Origin: Trichoplax sp. H2
Lineage: Eukaryota
Assembly (NCBI GenBank): GCA_003344405.1
Contig: NOWV01000164.1
Location: 62,001-126,000 of the forward strand
Direction: 5' to 3'
Length of the DNA: 64,000 nucleotides
Shown here: piece by piece, positions 1 through 14,008 of the stretch
Layout: every line of letters starts with the position of its first letter
Position numbering within the stretch: the stretch's first letter is position 1
Made by a program: the position numbers and the translations under genes
Notes under the pieces: model-generated
The model's input: the letters and a program-made list of their open reading frames with translations, nothing else
Told to the model about the DNA's origin: nothing
Database searches by the model: none

Positions 1-1546
1 AGTTACTAATGCTTATTGGGTGTTTACCTAGGCAAAACACCCTTGGTGATAAGCTCTTTACTGAATACTTTTTGCTGTCCATTGTTGTATGATTGTAATA
101 ATTATGTGGAAGTGATTGAAGTCATGAAGGAGGTAAATTACATTTTTCCCTTTCCATTTATAATAAATGAAAAATTAAATACCATATCATACCAACTTTG
201 TTATTAGGCCAGAATTTTGTGTTATGGTCTCCATTCTTGCTGTCTGTTTCTGGTTTCTTGCCAAATCTCTTTATCGCTATTGTTGTTGCTAAGCTCATTC
301 TTACTAATGCCACCCCCATTAGCCGGATATCACATTTTATGGTTTACTTGCGCTATCATCCCACTTATCGGAACTCCGTTGATATTATCACGCAGCTCCC
401 ATGATATGATGTCGCTAATGACCGGAAAAAATAACCAGCATCGCAAGGTATGCCGACTTGTAAGAATTAATGGACAATTCTTTCTTACAGGAAATTTGAG
501 ATAACTTTGCTGCACCAATAATTATCAACTGTGCGAGCAATCATTGTACCTGAGACAATTAATTCATTTGCAGAATAAGAAGATGAAAGCTATGTACCTG
601 CTATTGAGATTTGTCCCATCGGTGATTGTCTCCCTTATATGCTATTATCTCACATTAAATTTTAATTGTAATAAAAACAGTGGTGGTGAGTGCCACTTTT
701 TGTTAGGGAATAGGTGAGTTGGGTGTTGATTCGAACATAAAATCAACCGCAGCTATGTACTATGTACTAGAATTTATAACATAATTATCAATGATTTAAT
801 ACTAATTTATTGCTTAATCTGTGCTGCGATTTGGTTTAGAAATAAATCTGGTAATGGTTCATGGAATGGATGGTTGACGACCAATCATCGGGAGCTTACT
901 ATTGCTCAAAATCAAACGTTTGCACTCATGTGTATCTATTTCGGTAGGTCTTATATTCTGAAATAGAATAATATTATTGAATGGCTGACAATGAAATACT
1001 CTTGGATATATTTATTGCAGTGGAGATATCGATAGGTTTTGTAGATACATTTAATCTAAGAATTTGGCGATCTCCCTTTTCCAATCGCACTTGGCTAATT
1101 TCATGCACCATCTCGTAAGGAATCTTTGTCCTTTCAGTTTATTGAGTTAGCAGTGAAGTTTTGTATAGTTGATTATTACTACCATCAAATGTGTTAACGC
1201 TATCGAATTATAATTAAAACCAGGATTCTGTTGGGACTGTTAATAGTCGTTGTAAATACTGCAGCGAACATGGTCGAATTTGATTTGTTTAGAATAGTTC
1301 CGACCTCTGTCTTTATTATATCAACGTCTTGGTCGTTGGTTGTTTTAGTTTTAAACGAAATTGTAAAATATTATGATATCAGGTATCAAGGGCAAATTAA
1401 TAGTTTTTTGTGCATTAAATCATAATGTTTTTATGTCATTAATATTCATAATGGAATGGTTTCTTGTTTAAAGGCTTCAAGTACGATTCCAGAAACGAGA
1501 GAGACTAAAATTTGATACGAAACTTGGCATGAATTCTCCTTTTTAA
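1..1546 (+). CDS. TMEM94: Transmembrane protein 94 (KIAA0195; P-type ATPase-like ER protein), 3' exons only; gene starts before the window
   Basis: Spliced exons (approx. <1-132, 209-447, 573-712, 840-943, 1021-1114, 1224-1382, 1474-1546) with GT-AG ends give ...ILWFTCAIIPLIGTPLILSRSSHDMMSLMTGKN...VVLVLNEIVKYYDIR|LQVRFQKRERLKFDTKLGMNSPF*. This matches the characteristic TMEM94 C-terminus as I recall it (KLQFETKLGMNSPF). Stop TAA at 1544-1546. Confidence 0.9.
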
Positions 1547-4529
1547 AATTTAATTCATGAATTTTACTATTGTGATTATTAACATTGATTGATGAAACTT
1601 TTAACAAATTTCGGTGATTTAATCTGATTTGGAACCTTAATTTTGTACATAGGAATAATGATAACGTAAATTAGATTTATTATCTCAATTGTATGTAAGA
1701 GAACAGCGACCAGATAAATTTTTATTACCATTCCATTGTTGATAACTGAATAGACAAACTTTATTCAAAATCACCTTCCGAATGAGAAATAAAGAATCTG
1801 TTTCCAAACTGTAAAATTATATCGTCGTCATTGATAATGATATGATCCGTAAGCTACCGCTGATATTATTACTTACCTAATCATTAGCTTTCAGCACGTA
1901 GATGATACGATGAAATTATACATACCGTCATAGATAACGGTATTATCAACAAATACCAGAGTTTGTTATCTAATGAAAATTAAGATAAGCATTAGTTTAC
2001 AAAAATCTCTTCATGACAGAATATATGTATGCTACAGTAAATAAAGAATACGAGTATAACGCTAAAGGTTGCCCAAGAGCTACGGATACGTAATCGGAAG
2101 CTACAAAAGATTCTGTCACTAGTACAATTTCATTGTGCGGTTTGATTATTACTTTAGTGAGGATTAATTTTGCTATCCAACAATTGTGAAATTTTAATTT
2201 CTATTGCCAATAATTAATTGAGGCCAGAAGATTAATCATATCTATAAGAACAACGTTGGTGCTGCTGCTTACCTTTATATACAGGTAATGAAATGTTTTA
2301 ATACAACAATATATTAAGTATCGATGTTGTTTGTTTACTCGTTTTTTGATAGGTATAACTGGCATATTTTCAAACAGTTAAATGTCTTCATTCATTAAGA
2401 AATGGATGAATGAATTATTAATGCAAGTTAGTGTTGATGTTTGTTATTTTAAAATAGTCTTAATGATAATCTTCCATAGGAATAGAAATAACGTTGCAAT
2501 AGCTTAGTTCTCGCTTCTTGATTTCCTTATGTCTATTTATTACAAATTAATGTAAACTGTCTCAGCAATACTTTCAGATAACTGAATACGTCGGCAATAA
2601 AAGATTTGCAATCAGTTTATAAGCAAATATTTTAAATTGTTTCTATCAGAATTATGGTTGATAAGTTGTGGATGAATTTAAACCAATGCTTACGTAACTA
2701 TTAGACCGTGCTCAGTAAGCCTAATTTTGAATTTAAATTTAGCTAATTTTTAGTCATTGCTTTCAAATTCTGGGTAAATCTGCTGTAAAATACCCTTCTG
2801 AAATAGTGTATCTAGCTAATAAAGGGGTTTATTTTTCGGCTAAGTTTAGGTATTCCTATATTCAGAGTCATTTGCTGTAAGCCAGAATAAACTTGATCTA
2901 CAAAAGCAATACTTACGAAATAAGCTAAGTTAAATAGACGTAGGTATCGTTTTTTTTTAGCTTGAATTTGATTTCATTCAGATCTTGATGAATATAAATC
3001 AGCATAATTGTGTAATAAACTATAGTAACATTTCTCCAGATCGGTATGAATCTGAAAGCTAAACACAGTCTCGAGCCAATACTATGGTTGAGATGAGTTT
3101 GGCTTCACGTTTTAGATATTTCTGCTGTAATGGATAATAAAAATTGGAAACATTGAATCAAAACGTAAGAATAAGTTATTGAGCTGGGCTAAATGAGTGC
3201 CAGTCTAACTGAAATTTTATCCCTTGTAGTCACAATTTGCCATGAATGTATTACTAAGATATGTAGAACTGGAATCAAAGCGTACTATTGAATTTGGTGG
3301 CCTATGCTAAGACACCTTTCAATCAAAATGAAGCTTTGCTGTAATTATGCTTTATGGCAGAACTTTAACCTTAAAATAACACTGGAGTTAGCTAGAAGCT
3401 AAGTGTTGATAATTTTGCTTTTTTTTACAGTAGCATTCTTTTAGGATCAACTAATTGATAGCGAAAAAAGTGGTGAAGACTGCATATCAAAGTTGTTATC
3501 TGTAAACTTCAAGAAAATATGTAGAAATTACTGAATGCGTTTATTTAAAACATAACTAAGATCTTCTACAATAAATAATGACGCAATCCGAACCATACTA
3601 TAAAATCTTAGGTTACAGGCATACTTTTGAGATCAGTAAGTTATTATTGTGATGGATTCATTTCGATGGAAAGGCTATAATGCTAATTCTCCCGTCAACG
3701 AATTTAATCCGAACTGGGCAAGTTATCGGAGGACTAATAATTACTTGTATTAATTTGTACTAAGGAACGAAAATAAAAACTGTCAAAGTCGTGAGTAGTC
3801 TCACAGCAAACCTGGTCAACACTCAACAAATGAATCCCGCCTTCCCACCCTATAAACAAGCAATGCGGGGGTATTTATTTATTTATACTATTGTTAGATG
3901 ACTCTGATTATGGGTTCATTTCAATAGGTCAGTATAAGATTCTTACGGTACTTTTTACCTCAAGATTTCTTCATGTAAAACGAATAGCTCTAAAGTAGTC
4001 ATTTCTGCAGAGTACTGATTATTAAAATAGTATTCGTTTATATCGGTAAGGGTGGCCACTGGGCCTTTCAATTTTGATTTGATGTAATATTCTGATGAAA
4101 ATTGAATAAACAGAGAATTTTTATAGAGTTTTCTACACAGCCATTTTGATTGTTCCATTTTCTTATAACAGTTGTTATCGACAGAGCAAGATTTGCTTGC
4201 ATACTCAAGCGATCCTTAGATACATTATCATGATTGTTATAGAATTGACCACAGTACTAAGGACATAGTACCGCATTGTAGATATCTTACAGTACCTGCT
4301 AATCTTAACTTGGTATGCCCATCACCGTACAGTACATTAGTTATCATAATGTGCTTTGGACCATTAACTAATCTTAATATAGCATTTCATAGCATTTCAT
4401 CCGTCAATGCATTATTGACAAGTAGTATTCTCCTGTACAAGCAAAGCTGCGAATATAGTTGTGCCTGGCTATTACCGGGATATAAATAAATATTGTCGAA
4501 CGGCAATACTATCTGTTTATTATTAACAA

Positions 4530-7299
4530 ATGGGTACATTATCGTAAACCGTCATCAAAGCGACGTGAGTTTGTACTAGTACTACATTAAATGCAAGGAA
4601 CACATGGAAAACGATTGTGAACAAGAGAGTAATGACTGCACGGATAAAATGTTGCAAAGTAGTCCTGATGACGAATCTGAAGAGATCTCAATTCAATATC
4701 GATATGGATGGGGTGCATTTCAGCCACGATGGCTACAACTTTTAAACCATCGATAGTGGCTTGTTATCGCCATTTGTGTGTATACTGCTTTTGCTGGAAT
4801 GCTGATGACTGGCTTTGCTGTGGGAACGATTACTTCGGTAGAGAAACGCTTCGGTCTGAGTAGTACAGAAACAGGATCAATGCCGTCGGCTGCAGAAATT
4901 TCTGGTGCAGTAATTGGAGTCATAGCTAGTTATTGTGGCGATCGAGGGCACAAAGGGAGATATTTAAGCATTGGTGCTTTAGTTATGGCAGTAGGAGCAT
5001 TTACTTATTCGATACCCCACTTCGCTACTGGAAAATATGTTGTCGCTAGTTTCTCCAGTAATTATACTGATTTATGTCTTGTCAATTCATCACTATCATC
5101 AAGCACTTGTGATGCATCTTTACAAATTTTTGGTAGTTCCAATTTGCGTAATTTCTTTTTCCTCTTTCTAATCGCTGAGTTATTGATGGGTGCAGGCAAT
5201 AACTTAATCTGGAGTATTGGCATTACTTATCTCGATGAGAATGTTCCCCCGGTCTCTTCGCCGTTATATGTTTCTGCGATCTACACTATTAGCATGATAG
5301 GGCCTTCACTTGGGTATATTATTGTCAGTATCTTTTTAAAAGTATTTGTTAACTGGCCAGAGGCAGCACCACCAGGTAGATTGAATTGTTAAGCATAGTT
5401 GTTTAGTTGATTGAATTATTAGCACTTCGTAATAACTACTTTCATCAATGTCCTATACTGCATGATAACTAATAAATTGACAATCGCTTGTGAACCATAA
5501 AGGATTAATACCTGCGGATGCGCGATGGATTGGTGCGTGGTGGCTGTCTTTCGTTATCTCTGCTGCTTGCTTGACTGCTGCTTCTATTCCTCTTTTTGGA
5601 TTTCCACGTGAATTACCTGGTTATGAAGCATATAAACGGACGCGACAAGAACAAGCTAAAGCTACTAACAGAGTTGATAAAGGATACGGCAATAGCGTTT
5701 CAGATTTTCTAAAAGCTAGTCGTGATTTATTCAAGAACATTCCGTTTGTATGTTTAACAATTACTGGAACATTTGATTTTATCGCAGTCAATGGCATTGG
5801 TTGGTTTTTTCCAAAGATTTTAGAGACACAGTTTCATTTATCTCCTTCTGAAGCCAGTCTTACCGTAGGTTACATTAGTATAATTGGAGGCTGCATTGGC
5901 ATGTTGTTGGTGAGCAATGAATCAGTAATTGTAATTATATTGAGGGACAATAAAACTCATTGCTACTAATCTAAATGAAGATTTCTGGTACTTGCTTGAC
6001 AATTCTTGCCATAATATTTCAACTTAGGGTGGACTACTTTTAAGAGCCTTCAAATTGAAAGGTCGTGGTGCAGCCAAATTAACTTGGATTATTAGTATAT
6101 GTGATTGCATAGCTTTTACTGTTTTCTTACTCGGCTGTAGTAATCTTCCATTTGCTGGAGTGAATAGTCCTTACGGTAGTAATTCGTCGGTTACATTGTA
6201 AGTAATCTATCCTATTGCTTTCATAAATATCTATTTTCTATTGTTTTATACTGATGTATAACACGTACTTCATGATCTAGGAATCCAAGGATAAATACAG
6301 TTAATTTAACTGCATCCTGTAATACTAATTGTATGTGTAATAGCGTTAAATATAATGCAATATGTGGATCCGATGGTACAACCTATTACTCGCCATGCCA
6401 TGCCATGCCGGCTGCACCAGTAGCTATTCCGATAGCAACCGTACTACAACAGTATGTTATTTTAATAAGTAAATTACTTTTAATATACTACTTCGATGAA
6501 TGACAAATAGCTGTATTCTAAAGCAGGTGCTCCGATAGTAATTGCTCTGTGTTATGATTATTGTATAGTTAATATATTGCTGCATTTATACGTTTAGGCA
6601 AATGTGTATAGACAGAGCAGATACTGGCATTTATTCGCTGTATATATACGCCTATTATTGATATTGAAATTCTATTTGTTTAAGATTTACCACAACTGCA
6701 GTTGTATTCAGAATGTCAATCGGACAAGATATAGTTACGACGCTATCCAAGGATCATGTATCTCAGAATGTCCACAATATACGCTATTTGTGATTGGTAT
6801 TTCTATTTCAATGGTCTCTGTTATGGCTAAAACTGTTCCAGCAATCGAAGCCATATTGAGGTAAACGAATTCATTGTAGATAAAATACTGGCATTGTCTT
6901 GATTGTTTTTTATTCTAATCTATTATCATATTATCCATGATTATTAGGTGTGTTGCTGATGATCAAAGATCTTATGGTCTAGGACTTATGTCATCGCTGG
7001 TACGGATAACTGGAAATATACCAGGTCCGCTCATTATTGGAGCTTTCATTGATCAATCGTGTATCTTATGGACACAAGAATGCACTTCCACTCGTACATG
7101 TTGGTTATATGATAGTAGAAACTTGGCGAAATACCTTTATGGTTCGATGATTTTTGTCAAGATCGTATCTACAACATTTTATGTGTTGTCTTGGTGGTTC
7201 TATGACAAAGGTAGCGGTAAGAGTTTAGAAGAAGAAAATAATTTACTGGATATTCCGCTTGAAGATGCGAATAACTCTACCGAAACACCTCAAGTTTAA
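4530..7299 (+). pseudogene. SLCO/OATP organic anion transporter, copy A, disrupted
   Basis: Six-exon paralog of 11283-14008 with OATP motifs (SVEKRFGLSS, YLDENV, RWIGAWW, Kazal-like ICGSDGTTYYSPCHAGC, GNIPGPLIIGAFIDQSC). In-frame TAG at 4754-4756 where copy B has TTG. An extra 5-nt CCATG unit at 6393-6407 frameshifts the Kazal exon. Confidence 0.85.
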
Positions 7300-10200
7300 G
7301 TAGTCGAATATAAAACAATATTCATAAAATATCAGTTTCTTAATTTGGCAAAATTATAAATAATATTGACCAAACCTCTTTGAAGTTTCAAAAATGACAT
7401 TTAGATGGACATTTATCGAAGTATGTAAATACAGTATTGCATGTCAATATGTCATCCTTTAATATAGTAGCATTATCAGCGTTACTCCTTTTTTTGTGAA
7501 TTTTACGCAAGTAACCATGTATTATGATATTTTTATTCTAATGTTGAGCGTTAATTGATACTAAAATAGTAGATTAGCCAATCTTGTTTTATAAAAATGA
7601 TTACTAAGCACTATTTTAGCCTTGGCAAGTAAGGAAATTTAATAAATCTCCTGCTATAATATGTAACTCCAATAATGTAAGTAATCTTGACAAATCAAGT
7701 CAAATGATCTGGATCATTACTTATAATGCTGAAGTGGTCATACGTTGAGCAATTTCACCTGAATTAGGCCTGGAATTTTATGAGCGCTTTTTATATTTAA
7801 TTTTTATCAATTCTAACTTTCTCCAAAATGATGGAACATGTTTACATTTGTTAGGAGTCCGATCTTTGATTGGAGAACAAGCTAAAATAGATTTATGTCA
7901 TCACAGTGATGTATCGCGTATTTAATTGTATTGATAGATACATTTAATATAGTTTAATTTCCAAAATTAGATGTTACTACGATGCTAATATAAGATTATT
8001 ACTAATTATTTTATTAGACATTGTTAATTATCCATATTAGTAAGTTAACTAACTTTAGTGAAAGACTTATATGATTTAATGTACGGTAATAGTGAAGATA
8101 CTCAATACCCTATTGTGATAGACTTTAATAGAAGAATGATGATATTTTAAACCGATTAATTTTCACAAGGCTACATTTTGTATATATATTGTTATGTAAT
8201 TATTTATTTGAAGGAAAATGTTTTATCTTATAACCAAAGTTTGATTTAAAACAACCTCGTTACTATAAATAGATGGAGTTAAATGAATTTCAGAACTGCA
8301 AATATGATCTTGGACTATAGTTCTTTAGAGCTTAAAATATTATACATTAGATTCTTGCTACTAGTTAACTATTGCTTATTGTTCTTAAACCCTGTAATAA
8401 AACTTTTTCAATTCTGTCTTGGCTCAGCCAATTGATTTGTTTCAATTAGATGTTTTTGGACTAGACAGAACAGTTTGAGATAAATAAATTGTATCACCGT
8501 CATATTGTCCACGCACAAACATAAATAAAAGCAAGCATTTTCTCTACTTGCTTTTCCATTATCGTATCAAAGATACAATCGAATTTGGATTTGGATTTAT
8601 ATATTAGTTGTAAATAAATCTCATCTAAGTCAAGGTTTTGAGCGAGACATACATTTAATAGGCTATCTTGCAACGTTAAAGCCCTATGTTTGCCTACAAT
8701 TGTGTGCTTATATCATGCTTTGGGCTGAAATTGCTAGACAATATCCGCTTTAATAACTTTACGAGTACTGAAAATACTGTAATATAATGATGATCTCTCC
8801 AAATCTTCTACTATGTACTATAGTCTATTTTTATTCTCTAGCTTAGATAACTCAATTACATGCTTTTTGTTGGTTTTATGTATGAAGTTGTATATTATCC
8901 TACCCATGTTTAAGATTCTTTAATCACCTTGATATCATAGGATCGGAATTTCTAATCAAGTCCTTCTGCTCTCTGATACAAAGTACAACTGAGCTCTCCC
9001 GCCAACTATGCTCTACCTCTTCTTCAAGCTCATTTTATTGTAGGCGTATTGGTCAGCAGTAATACTATCAGGGACTAGTTAATAGTCTAGAGCGTTAACA
9101 GCAGCACTTTTATACGGCATTGAGGGCATTTTAGATTGTATTTCAGTGGTATAAGCAAGCTCAAGGTTAGATTATTGTAGACTTTTTTAAGATCGAATAA
9201 GAGAAGTCACTTGGTTGCATTAACAGCTGCCTATTCCTACTTTAGCGTAGGCCAATATAGACTACTTTATTGAGTCTGACCGAATCATTTTAAATGCCTA
9301 GATATATAGCGAAATGCCGGCTAGAACAAGCACCATATTGAACATTTGAGCTGTTAAAACTCAGTTTCATGAAAAACTGAAATGCTTTATAGACTTTGCT
9401 ATGCTCTTACATCAATACTTTTCAAAGAGTACAGCACTGAAGCAACAGATAAAAAATTCGTCTCTGATGAAAGTAATTGTTGATTGTTCGAATTTTCAAT
9501 TGAAATCTTTTATCTAATAGGACGTTGTGGTTCAGCGCTTCCATCATTGCTATTGGAGGCAAAGTTTGTTGTTGTAATAATGTTTCTTTCCATGTAATTT
9601 ATAGTAATATTTGATTTAGCAAATGAATATCTTGCCTCTTATGATGTCATATCAAATACCGAAACTAACTTTAAACTGAAATAAAATCAATTAATTATAT
9701 AAGATCTTTAAGCTTCTGGTCGGAATTTGGCATGTAATTTTTATATTCTCAAGAAATATTATTGAATTCTTAAGAATAACAGTTAATGCATCCAATATTA
9801 CAACTCCAAATTATTAACATTTCTTATGGAAATATACCATATTGGACTATCTAGATTAGCTCGTTAATGCTCTAAGATTGGATCAATATTAAAACAATTT
9901 AAAAATTCTCTACATCTTACATAATATAATCACTTGCAAATAAATGTACAAGTTCTGTGTTATTTTTATTTATTTCATTTATAGATACTGATGTAATGAC
10001 TTCCATCAATATTAAATATGCAAATTAAGGTAATGTTCCTTATATTCAGGACCGTATCATAAGATGATTTAATTAAACCGAACATTTGTCATCATATTTT
10101 ACTCTAGAAGATGAACAGCATTATAAAGCCGATGCAGGCATGCCCATGGGTTCTAGGTCATGGGAGAATTTTGGTTGTTTTAATCATGTTACCCTTTACT

Positions 10201-11282
10201 AAGATATCAGTTTTGGCCTAGTTTTGTGCTATATTTCCCATCGGCAATATCTATATTTCTAACTAAATAAATTGGTTCAATTGGTGGATCTAAAAGTTTC
10301 ATGTGTAATTTCTAATAACCCATTATTCAGTATGTGTCTCTAAAGCGATATATTATTTCCATGCTATTACTGCTGAAAATGAAGACAGCCTATAGTTAAG
10401 AAGGGCCTTAAATAATTTTTAACCCTTGAATGAATTTTATTTACAACTATAGTATGTATCAGTACTAGATGCAGAAATGCCCACTTTTATAGCAATATTA
10501 TTATTTTCCGACTGTTTCCCATATAGATTAAAGGTACTTTGAACCATTACCAAGCTGTTATTTTAATTATTTATTTGTTTCGACTTCTGTATGACAGGAA
10601 ATCTGTAATAGTCGGATACGGTATCTAACATAAACTATCATTAACACCTTTTGATTCATTAGCCTTACAAAGGCTTCGTTGATTATTACTTTGATGGCCA
10701 TTTTTCATTCTTATACGTGGCATGGATTCTGTAAGTAGCTCCTACTTAACGAAGCAACTGCATCACCATTCCAATGTACTTCCTTATAGTAAACACGAAT
10801 AAATATAACCATAAATGAAAACTGATACTAAGAAATTGCAATTTATGATATGTTAGCATTACCTTGGCTTCCAAGAATTTAAAAGTTCATAGAGAAATGT
10901 AATAATAGATAATGATAGCACTTTATTACAAAATGGCATAGCCACCTGTAACCCATGGAAACAGAATACATATGGGCAAGGCCCATTGACAATGAACAAT
11001 TGCAACGGAGAGATTATTGCATTCGACTTTCGACCTTGTGCATAGAGATATTTAAAACCTTCTTTTACCTGGTTATTATTTGTACATGCTCTCAGAGCCA
11101 ACGCCTAATATTGGTTTAATTACACGTGATATTTATGGCGTTATATCACAATAGGTTAAGCCAAAGAAATTAGTAATAGCTTAATTACCATTAGTATGAT
11201 TTATCACTGATGTCATTCAAGGTGAGGTAATTGTTAATTGACATTAAAATCAGGACGAAATAAGGAAAACATTGTCGATATC

Positions 11283-14008
11283 ATGGGTAGCCCTCAAAAC
11301 GAATCTGGCCAAGATTCACACAGTGAGTCCACTATTACCCGTAAGGAACATTTGAAAAGTGATTTTAGACAAGATAATGACTTGACTGATGAAATGTTGC
11401 AAGATAGTGTTGAAGATAAATCTGACAAGGACTCAAGTCAATATCGATATGGATGTGGTCCATGCCAGCCACAATGGCTACAGGTTTTAAATCATCGATT
11501 GTGGCTAGTTATCGTTATTTGCATATATGCTACTTTTGCTGGAATGCTTATGAGTGGATTTGCCGTAGGAACGGTTACTTCGGTCGAGAAACGTTTCGGT
11601 CTGAGCAGTACAGAAACGGGAGCCATGCCATCGGCCGCTGAAGTTGCTAGTGCAGTAGTTGGAGTTACGGCTAGCTATCTTGGTGATCGAGGGCATAAAG
11701 GAAGATATTTAAGCGTGGGTGCTTTAGTTATGGCAGTAGGAGCGTTCACTTATTCGATACCCCATTTCGCCACCGGAAAATATGTTGTCGCTAGTTTTTC
11801 CAGCAATTATACCGATTTATGTCTTGTCAATTCGTCGCTATTATCAGACAGTTGTGATGCATCCTCATCAGTTTCCAGCAATTCCTATCTGCGTAATTTC
11901 TTTTTCCTGTTTCTAATCGCACAGTTATTGATGGGTGCAGGAAATAACTTGATCTGGAGTGTTGGTACTACTTATATCGATGAGAATGTTCCTCCAGTCT
12001 CTTCGCCGTTATATGTTTCATCGCTCTTTGTTATTAGTATTATAGGCCCTTCGCTGGGCTATATTATCGTCGGGATCTTTTTAGATATGTTTGTTAACTG
12101 GCCAGAAGCAGCGCCACCAGGTAGTTTGAATTGCTAATCATGCTCTTTGAGCTGAATAAATTATTAACAATTTGCATGGACTACTTTAATCAATGTTCTT
12201 TAGAGCACGATAACTAATAAATTTAAAATTTTAATCGAACCATAAAGGTTTAACACCTCAAGATGCGCGATGGATTGGTGCCTGGTGGCTGTGCTTCGTG
12301 ATCTCTGCTATTTGCTTGGTTGCTGCGTCTATTCCTCTTTTCGGATTTCCACGTAAATTACCTGGCTATGAAGAATACAAACGTATCCGACAAGAAGAAG
12401 CTAAAGCTACTAACAGAATTGATAAAGGATATGGCAACAGCGTTTCAGATTTTCTGAAAGCTAGTCGTGATTTATTCAAGAACGTTCCATTTGTCTGCTT
12501 ATTCATTTCTGGAACATTTGAGTTTATCGCAGTCAATGGCGTAACTTGGTTTTTTCCAAAGATTTTAGAGACACAGTTTCGTTTACCTTCTTCTGAAGCT
12601 AGCCTTACTGTAGGTTACATTAGTATAGTTGGAGGATGCATTGGTATGTTGCTGGTAAGTAATGAATCAATGATTGTCGTAATAGCATTGAGGAACAATA
12701 AATCTCGCTGCAACCAATCTAAAATATGATTTGATTGCCAACTCTTGTCTTAATAATTCAACTTAGGGTGGAGTACTGTTGAGAGTCCTTAAATTAAAAG
12801 GTCGTGGTGCAACCAAATTAACTTGGATTATTGGTATATGTGATTGTATAGTTTTTACTGTTTTCCTACTCGGCTGTAATAATCTTCCTTTTGCTGGAGT
12901 CACCAGTCCTTACGGCAGTAATTCGTCAGTTACACTGTAAGTAATGCACCAAGTTGCTTTCATGAGTATCTTTGTTTTCTTTTGATTTATGCTGATGTCT
13001 AGTACGTACTCCATCAATTAGAAATCACAGGGTAAACGCAGTTAATTTAACAGCATCCTGTAACACAGATTGTATGTGTAACAACGTCAAATATAATGCA
13101 ATATGTGGATCCGATGGTAAAACCTATTATTCCCCATGTCATGCCGGCTGCACCAGTAGCTATGTCGATAGCAACCGTTCTGCAACTGTATGTTATCCTC
13201 AAGTAGATTACTTTATTTCTATTTTAAGTGATAGCTGTACTCTAAAGCAAAAGATCTAATTTCAAGTGCTTTATTTAGGAATATTTCATCGTTATTATAA
13301 GCATCGATACGTTTGAGCATATTTTTAAATGGATAGATAGAGCAGGTGCCGGTTTTCTTGTTGACGTTGATATTCTATTTGTTTTAGATTTACCACAACT
13401 GCAGTTGCATTCAAAATGTCAATCGGACAAAATATAGTTATGATGCTATCCAGGGATCATGTATCTCGGAATGCCCACAATATACGCTATTTGTGATTGG
13501 TGCTTCTATTTCAATGGTCTCCATTATGGCTAAAACTGTTCCATCCATAGAAGCTATAATGAGGTAAGATAGCTGATAAGGCTACAGATTCTGAAATTGG
13601 CTTCATTGATTTCACTTATTCCAATCTATTGATTCGTTATTGATAATACGTAGGTGTGTTGGTGATGATCAAAGATCCTATGCTCTGGGGCTTGTTTCGT
13701 CCTTGGTACGCTTAGCTGGAAATATACCAGGTCCGCTTATTATTGGAGCTTTTATTGATCAATCGTGTATCTTATGGACACAAGAATGTAGCTCTACCCG
13801 TACATGTTGGTTATATGATAGCAGAAACTTGGCGAATTACCTTTATGGTTCTATGATTTTTGTTAAGATTGTATCTGTAACATTTTTTATATTGTCTTGG
13901 TGGTTCTATGATAAAGGTAACGGTAAAAGCTCGGGAGAAGAAAAGGATTTATGTGATATCCCGTTCGAAAAAGCGAATAATATTGCTACAGAAGCAACTC
14001 GTATTTAA
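11283..14008 (+). CDS. SLCO/OATP family solute carrier organic anion transporter, copy B, intact
   Basis: Exons approx. 11283-12120, 12248-12654, 12767-12937, 13022-13187, 13388-13563, 13654-14008 with GT-AG boundaries. OATP signature D-x-RW(I)GAWW, Kazal-like loop (CMCNNVKYNAICGSDGKTYYSPCHAGC) and C-terminal GNIPGPLIIGAFIDQSCILW..C...TCWLYD. Confidence 0.92.

Noticed and set aside
2600-4160. Possible decayed minus-strand gene, including the 67-aa ORF at 3955-4158; similar impression at 8900-9590
   Set aside because: Many stops in all frames and no motif that I can support by eye.
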